From: Chamaesiphon sp.
Lineage (GTDB): Bacteria > Cyanobacteriota > Cyanobacteriia > Cyanobacteriales > Chamaesiphonaceae
Assembly: GCA_965246715.1 (NCBI GenBank)
Contig: CBDFFH010000003.1
Location: 1-26,630, forward strand
Length of the DNA stretch: 26,630 nt
Direction: 5' to 3'
The notes under the pieces were generated by a model. That model saw nothing but the letters and a program-made list of their open reading frames with translations, ran no database searches and had not been told where the DNA came from. A program made the position numbers and the translations under genes. Position 1 is the first letter of the stretch; every line of letters starts with the position of its first letter. Below are positions 1 through 10,500 of the stretch, one piece after another.

Positions 1-3000
1 ACATTCACAATGGTAAAGCGCAAGGTTTTGGCATCCTCACGGGTAAGCTGTCTGGCGGGATTATGGCGATCGATTGCGATGGTCACGTACCCCACACTCT
101 ATTCAAAGAGATTTTAGGTGGTGATATTCCCCGTACGGTAGCCTTTACATCTGGCAAGGATGGACGCGCTCAATATCTATTCACCATTCCTCAAGCACAT
201 TGGGCTAACATCAGCACCAAAAAAGTAGGAACGGTCAAAGATGGCGGAATGCTCGAATTTCGGTGGGATGGGTGTCAGTCGGTATTACCCCCATCGGTAC
301 ATCCTGAAACTGGGCAGTATGAGTGGATCGACTCACCCGACACCACAGCAATCGCACCACTACCCGACGCGGTACTGGCATACTTATTAACACCAAAACA
401 GCAACCCAAACCACTGCCAGATCGACCTCAACCCAATCCTGCCTCAACGAATGGATACATCCCCCCGATTCCGATCGAACGCTGCCTGAGTAAGGAACAC
501 CGATCGGCATTAGCAAACGGGGTGAGTCAGGGCAACAGAGACAATACCGGATGCAGCCTCGCCCGCGATCTGATCGGCGTTGCCAGTTACATCCCCTCAA
601 TCCAATTCGATTACAAGTCCGATCGGTACCAGTTGTCAGTAGATGGAGATCCCGAACAATTACTATGGGACTACTGCCAGCGGTGCAGCCCACCCTTATC
701 TCAAGCCGATTGCGCTCGGATTTACAAATCGGCTCAGAGCTACAATCCAGCCCCTAGCATTAGTGATGAGGAGAGCTTAAAAAATTGTCTCAGAGCTTGG
801 TGCAAGGAACATAAGTTAGCGATTCAAACTAGCTCATCTAACGGTAGATCTAACAATGGTAATGGCTCTAGTCATGGAGTTCATGACAAGCCTCAACACT
901 CACAATTTGAGAGCAGCATCACCGATGGATTATTTAAAAATAATGTCAAAGTCGATCCAGACACGGGTGAGTTCAAATTGGTGCGAGAACGGATTGGCAA
1001 TCATTTGGAGGCGATCGCCTATGTAAATACCCCCAATGGTGACGGTGCCTCGATTCACATCGAATTTAAGACGATTCGGCACAAGATTCAACGCTGGACG
1101 ATGCCACGGGGGGCGATCGTCTGTGAAACCTCTCAGATGTTAGCCGAACTGCAAAATCGAGGTTATTTCTTCGACATCAGTAAGAAAAAACAGCTAGTCG
1201 AATATCTCAATGCTTTGGGTGGTGATGTCGCCACAACTTACACGATTACCGATACCACCGGATGGATCGACGGGGCTTATGTGACCCAAAACAAGACATA
1301 TAGCCATACCGTCGATAGCGATCTAAAATTCCGCGATGTCGAACCAATCGCTGATTCCATCTCGGAAATTAAGGGAACTCTCACCGAATGGCAGCACAAA
1401 ATTGGCTCTCTATGTGCGGGTAATTCACGCTTAATTTTTGCACTGGGTACGGGGTTAGCTGCACCATTACAACCACTAGTAGATATCGAGTCCGGTGGAT
1501 TCCATGTTGTCGGTACTACTTCCGTTGGGAAGACAACCATGCTCAGGGTGGGATCTTCAGTGGTAGGGATTAAAGATATTCCCCACTGGCGAACAACCAC
1601 CAATGGTCTAGAGTCGATCGCCTGTGCCCACAATCATATGTTGTTACCCCTGGACGAAATCGGACAGGCAGAAGCAAGAGAGGTGGGGGCAATCGCCTAC
1701 ATGCTGGCAAACGGTCAAGGTAAGACCAGAATGACCAAAAATCTCACCAATCGTAAGCCCAAGACTTGGCAACTACTATTTTTGTCATCGGGAGAATTGG
1801 GGATGGGCGCGTATATGGCGCAATCTGGAATTGCTCTCAAAGGCGGTCAAGAGGTGCGCTTGCCAGACATCCCCGCCGTGCCTAGCGGTTCTCCGTTTGG
1901 CGTATTCGAGTCAATTCATAATTTTGAATCGGCCAAACAATTTGCCGAACATTTAGACCGCGCCACCCAAACCTATCACGGGACGCTGTTGGATGCGTTC
2001 TTACTCAAATTAGTCACCGACAGGGCGACGAATCCAGATTTGGCCAGCACTCTCAAAAAACAGGTGTACGCGATCGCTCGCAAACTCTGTGAAGGAACGA
2101 GCGATACTGCTGTGGCGCGGGTTGCCAACCGTTTTGCCTTAGTGCAAGTAGCTTTGGAATTGACTCACGCTTATGGTTTACTGCCATTTCCACTCGAACA
2201 TATTCACTGGGCAATTTCTAAGATGTTCCGCGATTGGCTCGATTATCGCGGCGGCGACGGCTCGATCGAGGTCAAAAATGCTTGCGACCGCATCCGAAAT
2301 TTATTTGTGACACAAGAGTACGGCGACCGGATTTACAACCTGTCAGACGGCGATGCCCAATCGGTGCGGAACTTACTCGCATACCGCAAAACTGACGGGG
2401 ATGGAGAGGCTGAAGAGTTTTGGGTACCCACTTCTGTTTTCGATCTAGAAATTTGTACGGGTGTCGATAAACCATCCCTAATCAAAGAGTTGCAAAAACG
2501 GGGCTGGCTCACACCGCCACGAAATGACGGTAAAAGTACCCTACAACGTCGGATCAAGAAACGACGCAATTACTACTATGTGTTTCAACCGCAAAATATA
2601 TTTTGCGAAAATAGCAGTGAGTCAGGTGAGTCAGGTGAGTCAGTAGTCTATAACTCATTACCAGTAATAAGTACAGCCCCTGACATACTGACTCACCAGC
2701 ATAAAAGTAGTAGTGAGTCAGGTGAGTCAGTCAAAGAGTTACTAAATGGGTCTGACTCACTTGACTCACCCCGACTCACCAAGGCTGTGAGCCGAAATGG
2801 AAACTCTCAAATTCTCTCTCAGCCACCAGTTCAGACCTCTGGCTCACCCGACTCACCCGACTCACTAGAAAAAACGCAATCTCAGAAAATAGTTGAAGAT
2901 TATCTGTCTCCACCCCTGAAAAAGGGCGATAAGGTAGTGGTTCAGACCTCGAACGCGGTGGGAGTAGTAATGGATAATCGCACCAAAAACTATCGCTCGC

Positions 3001-3104
3001 CGAAAAAAGGAGTTGTGATGGTGAGTCAGTGTTTAGTTGAGTTTGAGGAAGGGGAGCGAAAATGGCTGGACGCAGAGATTTTGGCTTTAGACGGGCGAAA
3101 TTAA
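1..3104 (+). CDS. Plasmid replication protein: primase-polymerase (AEP/Prim-Pol) + PriCT-like + DUF927-type P-loop helicase; 5' part lies at the other end of the window
   Basis: The frame is open from base 3 (IHNGKAQGFGILTGKLSGGIMAIDCDG). Prim-Pol-like motifs AIDCD and QSVLPPSVHPETGQYEW; PriCT-like GNRDN...PPLS; Walker A GTTSVGKTT; Walker B LLPLDE; DUF927-type AYMLANGQGKTR, LSSGE and GQEVR motifs. Confidence 0.85.
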   Translation, partial: IHNGKAQGFGILTGKLSGGIMAIDCDGHVPHTLFKEILGGDIPRTVAFTSGKDGRAQYLFTIPQAHWANISTKKVGTVKDGGMLEFRWDGCQSVLPPSVHPETGQYEWIDSPDTTAIAPLPDAVLAYLLTPKQQPKPLPDRPQPNPASTNGYIPPIPIERCLSKEHRSALANGVSQGNRDNTGCSLARDLIGVASYIPSIQFDYKSDRYQLSVDGDPEQLLWDYCQRCSPPLSQADCARIYKSAQSYNPAPSISDEESLKNCLRAWCKEHKLAIQTSSSNGRSNNGNGSSHGVHDKPQHSQFESSITDGLFKNNVKVDPDTGEFKLVRERIGNHLEAIAYVNTPNGDGASIHIEFKTIRHKIQRWTMPRGAIVCETSQMLAELQNRGYFFDISKKKQLVEYLNALGGDVATTYTITDTTGWIDGAYVTQNKTYSHTVDSDLKFRDVEPIADSISEIKGTLTEWQHKIGSLCAGNSRLIFALGTGLAAPLQPLVDIESGGFHVVGTTSVGKTTMLRVGSSVVGIKDIPHWRTTTNGLESIACAHNHMLLPLDEIGQAEAREVGAIAYMLANGQGKTRMTKNLTNRKPKTWQLLFLSSGELGMGAYMAQSGIALKGGQEVRLPDIPAVPSGSPFGVFESIHNFESAKQFAEHLDRATQTYHGTLLDAFLLKLVTDRATNPDLASTLKKQVYAIARKLCEGTSDTAVARVANRFALVQVALELTHAYGLLPFPLEHIHWAISKMFRDWLDYRGGDGSIEVKNACDRIRNLFVTQEYGDRIYNLSDGDAQSVRNLLAYRKTDGDGEAEEFWVPTSVFDLEICTGVDKPSLIKELQKRGWLTPPRNDGKSTLQRRIKKRRNYYYVFQPQNIFCENSSESGESGESVVYNSLPVISTAPDILTHQHKSSSESGESVKELLNGSDSLDSPRLTKAVSRNGNSQILSQPPVQTSGSPDSPDSLEKTQSQKIVEDYLSPPLKKGDKVVVQTSNAVGVVMDNRTKNYRSPKKGVVMVSQCLVEFEEGERKWLDAEILALDGRN

Positions 3105-3132
3105 GTACTGACTCACCTGCCTGGTGAGTCAG
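2617..3132. repeat. Array of GTGAGTC(AG)/(CT)GACTCAC repeats in both orientations; candidate replication origin or iterons inside the rep 3' end
   Basis: About 14 exact GTGAGTC/GACTCAC copies: tandem 2617-2643 and 2713-2730, inverted 2688-2696, 2752-2779 and 2850-2865, one at 3021, and a palindromic pair at 3108-3132. Confidence 0.75.
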
Positions 3133-3140
3133 GATCTCAA

Positions 3141-3236
3141 GCAGGTTTTAGCGATAGCGGTGACTGAATGAGGCGGACACAAGCAGGTCAATACCGAAGC
3201 TAGTATCTTCGTCCGCCTCATCAGTCAAAAACCTGC
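3141..3236. terminator. Extended stem-loop between the convergent rep and mob genes
   Basis: Nested inverted repeats GCAGGTTTT/AAAACCTGC, TGACTGA/TCAGTCA and ATGAGGCGGAC/GTCCGCCTCAT. Confidence 0.5.
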
Positions 3237-3258
3237 CGCTCCGCAGGGCATGAAAGTC

Positions 3259-4953
3259 CTACATCGATAACCCTCGATACTGATGTCGTTCTTCCTCTTC
3301 CTCCTCCTCATAATCCAGATCGATAGTGACTGGAACCGTAACTGATGGAGATGAAATTTCCAACTCCATCGCCCCAGCTAAATAAACTTGCAGCTCTTCC
3401 CCCCAACTCCCAGACTCCGGCAACTCATACTCCACCTGCCCTGGTAAATTACTCAACCGAGCATCTGTCGCCACCACCACATCCACCCGCTCCAACTCAT
3501 CCCCAGGCAGCCACCCCCCCTCATGCCCCACCAGCAGTAACGTATTCCGTTCCTCAGCCTTGAGCGTTGTATAAGCCATCGCCTCCAACACATCCTCTAG
3601 CACCACCACCAGATCGATCGCGCCCTGACGTGGAGCTTGAAAATAACACCATCCCCCCGTCAACTTCGAGCCATCGATCGTCATCGACCGCCGAATCAGC
3701 TTCGAGTCATTCGCTAACTCCTCCATACCCAGATCGATCGCTACAGCCCCCGTCACCCGCTCCTCAAAATCCCGATACAGACAAATCAACCTCCCTTCTT
3801 CATCTGCATAAATTAACCCCTGATCGTGCAACCGCTCGACTAACTTAGTAGGTAACTGTCTAGCCTTAGTAAGATTGTCCTTAACCTCACCCCACTTATC
3901 CCGCTCCGATCGCGGTGGGATAAATTCACTAGGAAGCTGCTCGGTAACAAGCTGACTTACCTGCTGATTAACTAACCCAATTGTGGCAGCAGCTCCAAAC
4001 CTATCATTCAACCAATAAGCCGCACCAATCAGATTGGTAGAGCGCGTCTCCATCACCAGATCGAGCGGCTTTATCTGTTTGTCGAATCCCTCTGGTGGTA
4101 ATCCCAACTCACATGCCACCCGTGCGAGGGGGATCGGGGCTTCTGGCGTACTTAAAGACCGATTTACCTGAGATTGTACCTTCAAAGCCTCTTGAGTCTG
4201 CTCCAGCCTCTCTGAGAGTAAATCTCGTTGGTCGGCTACATATTTCAATCGTCGCTCTAGTTCCTGGTGGTCTTTTTGCATTTGAGCGTAAGCTATCGCT
4301 CGCGCTTGAACTGCGGAAAGATCGTTGAGATCTAATTCCTGACTAGCAGAATTGACCACCGTATAGTAATCCTTAACAGTCGTATGTTCTGCTCGGCTAT
4401 TCTTCACCCCCCGTTCTAATCCCAGATGTTGAGTAGCTGCTGCATAAGAGTCCTGAAAAGCAAACATCTTTGCTCGACCACCAAAAATCTTCTTACAATT
4501 AAGTTGACCGTTTTCATCAGTCGGTACCAAATAAGCATGAATGTGAGGAGTAGCTTCATCCAGATGCAGTTCGGCTCTAACGATCTTGTCCCCATACTCC
4601 CGCTGCAACCAGTCCTGACTAGCCTTCGCCCAACTATCTAATCGATCTACCTGGTAATCTCCATACTTGCTTGGGTCATCGGGTCTAAAATATTCAGGAG
4701 AAGCCGTAAGTAGAATCTCGACAGCATAGACAGCATCTGGTCGAATCTTCCGCCTTTGTTCGACAGAGTGAATCTTGTTGTGGACTACATCACTCAAAGG
4801 TAAATCGAGATCGTCATTGTGAATTAGGGTCTGGTTATCTTCAAGCTTAGAGCGATCGGCATTAGGTGTCTCTCGACCTCTAGAGACGTGCATCCCACTT
4901 CCCCCCAGGTTGGACTGTTTGAGCTTGGCAATACGAGCGACAGCGTAGGGCAT
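3259..4953 (-). CDS. mobV: MOBV family relaxase (Mob/Pre plasmid recombination enzyme)
   Basis: N-terminal YAVARIAKLK, H-x-x-R motif (HVSRGRETPNAD), EILLTASPEYF, HUH motif LHLDEATPHIHAYLVP and FQD...LERG. Confidence 0.92.
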   Translation of the reverse strand: MPYAVARIAKLKQSNLGGSGMHVSRGRETPNADRSKLEDNQTLIHNDDLDLPLSDVVHNKIHSVEQRRKIRPDAVYAVEILLTASPEYFRPDDPSKYGDYQVDRLDSWAKASQDWLQREYGDKIVRAELHLDEATPHIHAYLVPTDENGQLNCKKIFGGRAKMFAFQDSYAAATQHLGLERGVKNSRAEHTTVKDYYTVVNSASQELDLNDLSAVQARAIAYAQMQKDHQELERRLKYVADQRDLLSERLEQTQEALKVQSQVNRSLSTPEAPIPLARVACELGLPPEGFDKQIKPLDLVMETRSTNLIGAAYWLNDRFGAAATIGLVNQQVSQLVTEQLPSEFIPPRSERDKWGEVKDNLTKARQLPTKLVERLHDQGLIYADEEGRLICLYRDFEERVTGAVAIDLGMEELANDSKLIRRSMTIDGSKLTGGWCYFQAPRQGAIDLVVVLEDVLEAMAYTTLKAEERNTLLLVGHEGGWLPGDELERVDVVVATDARLSNLPGQVEYELPESGSWGEELQVYLAGAMELEISSPSVTVPVTIDLDYEEEEEEERHQYRGLSM

Positions 4954-5007
4954 AGGGTCAGAATCTACAACGTAGCTAGGGAACAGCCCCGTAGGGCGAA
5001 GGAAGCT

Positions 5008-5062
5008 TTTATTTGAGCGTTAGCGTCCCGAAGGGCAAATAAAGGTGTACTGAGTACACTAA
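5008..5062. promoter_or_regulatory. Candidate MOBV oriT
   Basis: Just upstream of mobV. Inverted repeat TTTATTTG (5008-5015)/CAAATAAA (5036-5043) lies next to the hairpin GTGTACT-G-AGTACAC (5045-5059). The minus strand reads TAGTGTAC, reminiscent of pMV158-type nick regions. Confidence 0.5.
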
Positions 5063-5357
5063 TACCCTTCGCTACCCACTCTAATCCATGATACCCACTA
5101 ATCCTGGTATGGTTGCTATCCTACTAATCAGTGCCAAGTCAGTACCCATATCCTGACTACCTACTAGCAATAAATTGAATGGATAGATTGAATAGGTTAA
5201 GTAGGTACACTAATACCCTTCGCTACCCACTCTAATCCATGATACCCACTAATCCTGGTATGGTTGCTATCCTACTAATCAGTGCCAAGTCAGTACCCAT
5301 ATCCTGACTACCTACTAGCAATAAATTGAATGGATAGATTGAATAGGTTAAGTAGGT
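5054..5357. repeat. 151-bp tandem duplication
   Basis: 5054-5204 is repeated at 5205-5355 with no mismatch seen by eye. Confidence 0.9.
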
Positions 5358-5510
5358 TAAATAGCCCAAAGGAATTAGATGCGGTAAATGGATAGATTAA
5401 TGATTGATAGTTTAAATCAACGAGATGGGTAAGCTAACTAGGACATAAAGCTGATGAGGACACGCAACCGATTTCGTTATACTAAATCTATCCTTTAGAC
5501 TCAAGCTCTT

Positions 5511-5960
5511 ATGCCCAAAAATATCATGATTCCCAAAGCAGCGATTGATGAGACGATCGCTGCCTTTAGTGAGTTACCTGCTAAACAACCATCTAATTAT
5601 CCGCTCAAAGAAGCGATCGAACGCATCCTCCCAGCTATTAATGGCTTGGTTAAAAAGGGCTATAACCTCGATGAGATTTGTAGCTTACTCGCTCAGAAAG
5701 AGATTATCGTTACTAGTTCGAGACTCAAGCAGTATCTGAGAGATTTCGACAAGTCTCATCCTAAACAATCTCGAAAACCTCGCCTTCCTGTAGCAACCAC
5801 AGTTCCTGCTCTAAGTCCGGCAAATAATGAAGATGAATCTAAAACCAAAGTGACTTCTAAACCTCAGGCGACCCCTAAGCCTGAAGTTACTAAACCTGCG
5901 ACTAATCCCGATAAATCCTATAAGTCTCCGCCTAAACCTGGAGCCGAACAATTCAAATAG
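5511..5960 (+). CDS. Hypothetical mobilisation-associated DNA-binding protein (helical N-terminus, Pro/Lys-rich tail)
   Basis: 149 aa ORF divergent from mobV and first in a compact three-gene operon. KKGYNLDEICSLL...SRLKQY is an HTH-like segment. Confidence 0.6.
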   Translation: MPKNIMIPKAAIDETIAAFSELPAKQPSNYPLKEAIERILPAINGLVKKGYNLDEICSLLAQKEIIVTSSRLKQYLRDFDKSHPKQSRKPRLPVATTVPALSPANNEDESKTKVTSKPQATPKPEVTKPATNPDKSYKSPPKPGAEQFK

Positions 5961-5972
5961 TGAAAGAACAAT

Positions 5973-6692
5973 ATGCGGATACATCTAATTGATGGTGAGA
6001 AAGGTGGCGTAGGTAAATCCTGGTTGGCGTTTGTGATGGCAGAGTATTTGAGGTCTAAACTGATTCAGTTCTATCTCTTTGCCGCCGATCGTAGTAACCC
6101 TACTGCTGCTAGTCGCTACAAGGATAAAGAACGGTATGCTGAGTTCTATGATGATTCGGTTCACTATACCCTGTTTAGTGAAAATATTAAGAAAATTGAC
6201 GAACCAGATGTGTTGTTAGAGATGGCAATCGAACGACCGATCGTACTAGATCTCCCCGCTCAGGTTTACTATCCTCTGACATCCTGGATTGAAGAGAAAG
6301 ATATCTTCGAGCTAAGTAAAGCAAATCAGATTGATTGGGTGCGATGGTTTGTTTGTAATGGTGAGGATGAATCGATCCAGCTCTTGATCTCTTCAATGGA
6401 GTTCTATAAACACCAGCAAACGGTGTTAGTCAAGAATTGGGGGCTTTGTGATAATTGGGACTATTTTGATGGTCACGAACAGCTACAAGCAACCATTAAA
6501 AAGCATCGGATAACTGTCATCGATTTTCCTAAGTTAGCTGATAGTAAACGGATTGCGATCAATGCAAAAAGATGGACTTTTGACGAGGCAAGAGAGTTAG
6601 GTCAGTTTGGATTGGTGGGAAAGAGTGAGATTTATAAGTACACGGAAAAGGCTTATCAGGTACTGGCATCTACCAAACTTTTGGAGGTCTAA
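5973..6692 (+). CDS. MobD-like/ParA-superfamily P-loop NTPase (mobilisation accessory)
   Basis: Deviant Walker A GEKGGVGKS, D-x-S-N-P and IVLDLPA motifs; typical context next to cyanobacterial MOBV relaxases. Confidence 0.7.
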   Translation: MRIHLIDGEKGGVGKSWLAFVMAEYLRSKLIQFYLFAADRSNPTAASRYKDKERYAEFYDDSVHYTLFSENIKKIDEPDVLLEMAIERPIVLDLPAQVYYPLTSWIEEKDIFELSKANQIDWVRWFVCNGEDESIQLLISSMEFYKHQQTVLVKNWGLCDNWDYFDGHEQLQATIKKHRITVIDFPKLADSKRIAINAKRWTFDEARELGQFGLVGKSEIYKYTEKAYQVLASTKLLEV

Positions 6693-6695
6693 GTT

Positions 6696-7460
6696 ATGGC
6701 TGTGGATTTTAATGGCTCTAGTAAGAATGCGGAGATGGAGTATATCGATGTCCTGCTAGAGGGGAAGTCGAATGAGTTTAAGGGGCGGGTGTTAGCGTTT
6801 ATCCGTAAGTATAAGATTGATGCTAACGATCCGACGTTTATGTTGTTGGTAGCGATTGGTGGATTAGATACTGCTTTGGTGGATTTGCCCCAGGCTCTGG
6901 CTAAGGGTCAGAAAGGGATGTCTGAGGAGGTGAAGCGGATTGAGGGTGAGTTTGGTAAGCTGTGGCGGACTGCTATTACCGCTTTGAAGGCGGAGATTGA
7001 GGAGGTGAAGACATTACACCAGTCACGAGATCGAACAGCTACTACTAGGGAGGGGGAGTTAAATCGGAAGATTGCTGCTGTCGAGCGGGCAATGTCTGAT
7101 TTAGATATTAATGTCAAGGCTCTGGAGGGGATAGAGTCGCGAATCAAGGCTGATTATTTGGGCTTGGCTAGAGGGCTAGTGGCATATAAGCAGGAATTGG
7201 CTACTGGTCTGGATAAGCTGGAGCAGCGGGATTCGGTTAAGATTTGGAATTTTAATAAGTGGAGGGCGGAGCATTGGCTGTTGTTCGTTGGTACTGTACT
7301 TCTGGGGTTGTTATTTTTCATCGATTCATGGCGTGTCCATTCGGAACTCGATCGGGTGAGTGAGAAGCTCGATCGGGTTTTGACTCATGTGGACTATAAC
7401 GCTACTAAGTTGGGGCGGATTGAGAAGCATTTGGGTGTGAAGAAGCCTAAAAGTGAATAG
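6696..7460 (+). CDS. DUF6753-like coiled-coil protein with a C-terminal transmembrane helix
   Basis: N-terminal LLEGKS..FK.RVL...IDANDPTFMLLVA motif, long coiled coil, hydrophobic WLLFVGTVLLGLLFFI; 3 nt after the preceding gene. Confidence 0.6.
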   Translation: MAVDFNGSSKNAEMEYIDVLLEGKSNEFKGRVLAFIRKYKIDANDPTFMLLVAIGGLDTALVDLPQALAKGQKGMSEEVKRIEGEFGKLWRTAITALKAEIEEVKTLHQSRDRTATTREGELNRKIAAVERAMSDLDINVKALEGIESRIKADYLGLARGLVAYKQELATGLDKLEQRDSVKIWNFNKWRAEHWLLFVGTVLLGLLFFIDSWRVHSELDRVSEKLDRVLTHVDYNATKLGRIEKHLGVKKPKSE

Positions 7461-7578
7461 CAAGGCATTAACTTTCAACTGCTAACAAGTACTGGATCGA
7501 TTGTGAGTGAGGAAGTTTTATGTTTATCCTTCTACTCTTCCAACTCGATCGCTTATCATCATCCAACTGGAGTACGAT

Positions 7579-10500
7579 TTAGCCCTGACAGAGCCAAGCA
7601 CCCCAGAACATCGGATGTTGGAGAGGATGTTCGGCACCTTGCAGATGGGTGATTTTAGCGTCAATCTCTGCCAAAATAATTCGTCCTTGCTCGATCGATA
7701 GTAACTCTGCACGGGTAATATTACGGATGTAGGATTGTGCCTGTTGGAGACAGATCGCGGCTGGTTGTCCGGCTCCGCCTTGATAATATTCAAAGAATTT
7801 ATCCATCAGCAGAATCGAAGTCTGGACTGGAACATCCCACAGGCTGACAATCAGCGTGGCAACTCCGGCAATTGCTAGAGCGCGTTTGAGTCCGAATACC
7901 CCTTCACCTTGGCGGACGGAACCCGTGCCGCTACTACAGGCAAGGAGGATGGCGATCTGCGTCCCCCACAAGTCTAGTTCCAGCAGATCGCGGGCGGTGA
8001 ATAAACCACCTTCTAATTCTGATGGGAGTTCGCCACCTGCGAGACTGGTGTTGAAACCAGCTAGGGCTAAACCCGCATCCCGCATCGGATCGGGATTGTC
8101 GCCGCCTTCTGGATCTAAACCATGTAGTCCGTGGGTGGCAATCACTAGATATTGAGGCGATCGCAATTGGCGGAGATTAATCGCCTGAGCGTCATTACCC
8201 AAATGGGGTTTAATGCCCAAGGATTGAGCGATTTTTTGAGCGAGGGGTTCGGTTTGGGGGAGGGGGGTGAGTTTATTACTGAGAGCGGACATCGAGCCGG
8301 ATTTTTCAAGCTCGGTAGTGGGTAGGGGTGCGATCGCGCGAGTGGGAAAATCGTAGTTAGGATTAGCCGCAATCGTACCTACACTGGCGGGTGCAGGTGG
8401 CTGTGGGCGGGTGCGAAGATCGCGGCTGGCAGAAACATAGCGAATCGATAATCGATCGCTTAAAATCCCATTTTCGACGGGTAAAATTCCGAAGGGGACG
8501 AGGTTTAAATCGCCATCGGGGGCAAAAATGACTTCTGTGGAGTGAGTCGGGAGATCGAGGGGATCGAAGATGGTTTGACGCAGATCGATCGCCTGGGCTT
8601 GATAAGGAGCAAGCAGTCGCGCCGGATCTTTCCGTGGGGCACGATCGTACTTACCCATTGACTCGAAACCAGGTAAATCGCTGGCGACTTGGCGAAATTT
8701 AGTAATCAGTTCGTCGATTTCTGCGGCGGCACCGAGTTTGACTAATTTAATTCCGCCCAATCCTTCATGGGTGAGGATGAAGGCGAGATAGTGGGGTTCT
8801 CCTTTCTTTCCAGTAACTAAATCGTAGAGATCGAAGCGAACGAAATCGACGAGGGTAGCACCAGCAGGGACGAGGAGATTAATTGCTTGACGATCGATCG
8901 TAGTTTCCATCAACTCGGCGCGAGGGACTTTAGCCGCGATCTCTTTTTCTGCTCGATCGAGTCGGGTTTGGAGGCGGTTAACCTGTTGTTGGTAGGCTTC
9001 GATATTCTCTGTCGGTGGTGTTTGGGTAATTTGGTGGAGTTGTTGGCGCAGTTGTTGCCGTTCGGCGGCTAGTTGTTGTAATTGAAGATCGTCACTTCGG
9101 GAGATGGCAGCACTCAGGGCAATTTCTACGGCAGTCGCGATCGATTTCCACAGATAGATGACTTCAAAAGCTTGAGCGATTGATTCGGAGTCATCAGCTA
9201 AATATTGCCAGAGACAGGAGAGTAAATAATTAATTGTGCTTTGTCGGCGATCTCGATAGGATAGTCGTTCTAACTCTGTTTTCCCTTGAAAGCGATCTGC
9301 TAAAACTTTAATATCTACCCGTGCAGCGTCAGCTAAATGCGTTCCAGCCTCCGTGAATCTTTCTTGTTTAACTAGTAAGAAGGCATAATTTTGATAACTA
9401 GCGACCAACTCTGGATGTCCCCGATCTACAAATAACTGGCAACGGATAATTAGAGATTTATGCAAAAAAGGTTCAGCTTCTACCAATTTTCTTTGGTCTA
9501 TATAAAACAGAGCTAAATTATTCAGACTGGCAGCAAGTGTTTCATTCGTATTATTTTCAAATAACTGGAGACAGATATCTAGAGACCTTAGCAAAAAAGT
9601 TTCGGCTTCTGTCCATTTTCCGTAGGATTGGCATAATCTTGCCAAATTGTTCAGACTGATAGCGAGACCACTATTGGCCTTACTACCAAACAACTGACGA
9701 AAGATAGCTAAAGATTCTAGCAAAAGAGGTTCGGCTTCCATCCATCGTTCTTGTTTTGAATACAATTGTGCTAAATTGCTCAGAGTATTGCCAAAGTCGT
9801 TATTCACATTATTACTAAACAACTGACGAAAGATAGCTAAAGATTTTAGTAAAAGGGGTTCGGCTTCCATCCATCGCTCTTGTTGTGAGTACAACTGTGC
9901 CAAATTGTTCAGACTGATGGCGAGGTCTTTATTTACTTTTTCCCCAAATAACTGATGACGAATACTTAGAGATCTTAGTAAAAGAGGCTCCGATTCTTCC
10001 CATCTTCCTTGTCCTAAATATAACTGTCCCAAATTATCCAAACTGGTAGCAAGGTCATTATTAATAGTTTTGCCAAATAACTGGTGACGAATATTTAAAG
10101 CTTGTAGTAAAAGAGGTTCAGCGTCTATCAATCGCCCTTGGGATAAGTACAAGGCTGCTAAATTATTTAGACTGGTGGCAAGGTGATTATTAATAGTCTT
10201 GCCAAATAGCTGGCGACAAATATTTAGAGCTTCTAGTAAAAGAGGTTCAGCTTCAACCCATCGCTTTTGATATTGATACAAGGCTGCCAAATTATTCAGA
10301 CTGGTCGCGAGATCGTTATAAAGTGTTTTGTTAAACAACAAGCGACGAATAATGATTTCTAATAATATAGGTTCAGCCAACAATTGGCGACGAATATTTA
10401 AGGCTTCTAGTAAAAGAGGTTCAGCTTCTATCAATCGTCCTTGGGATGAGTACAAGGTTCCCAAGCTATTTAAACTAATAGCGAGGTCATTATTGGGGAT

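Noticed and set aside
235..4641. Short alternative-frame or antisense ORFs overlapping rep and mobV
   Set aside because: Shadow ORFs of well-supported genes, with no RBS or motif support.
5973..6692. Second ParA partition system
   Set aside because: Its context beside the relaxase and DUF6753-like gene fits a MobD-like accessory protein; no centromere repeats or RHH partner lie nearby.
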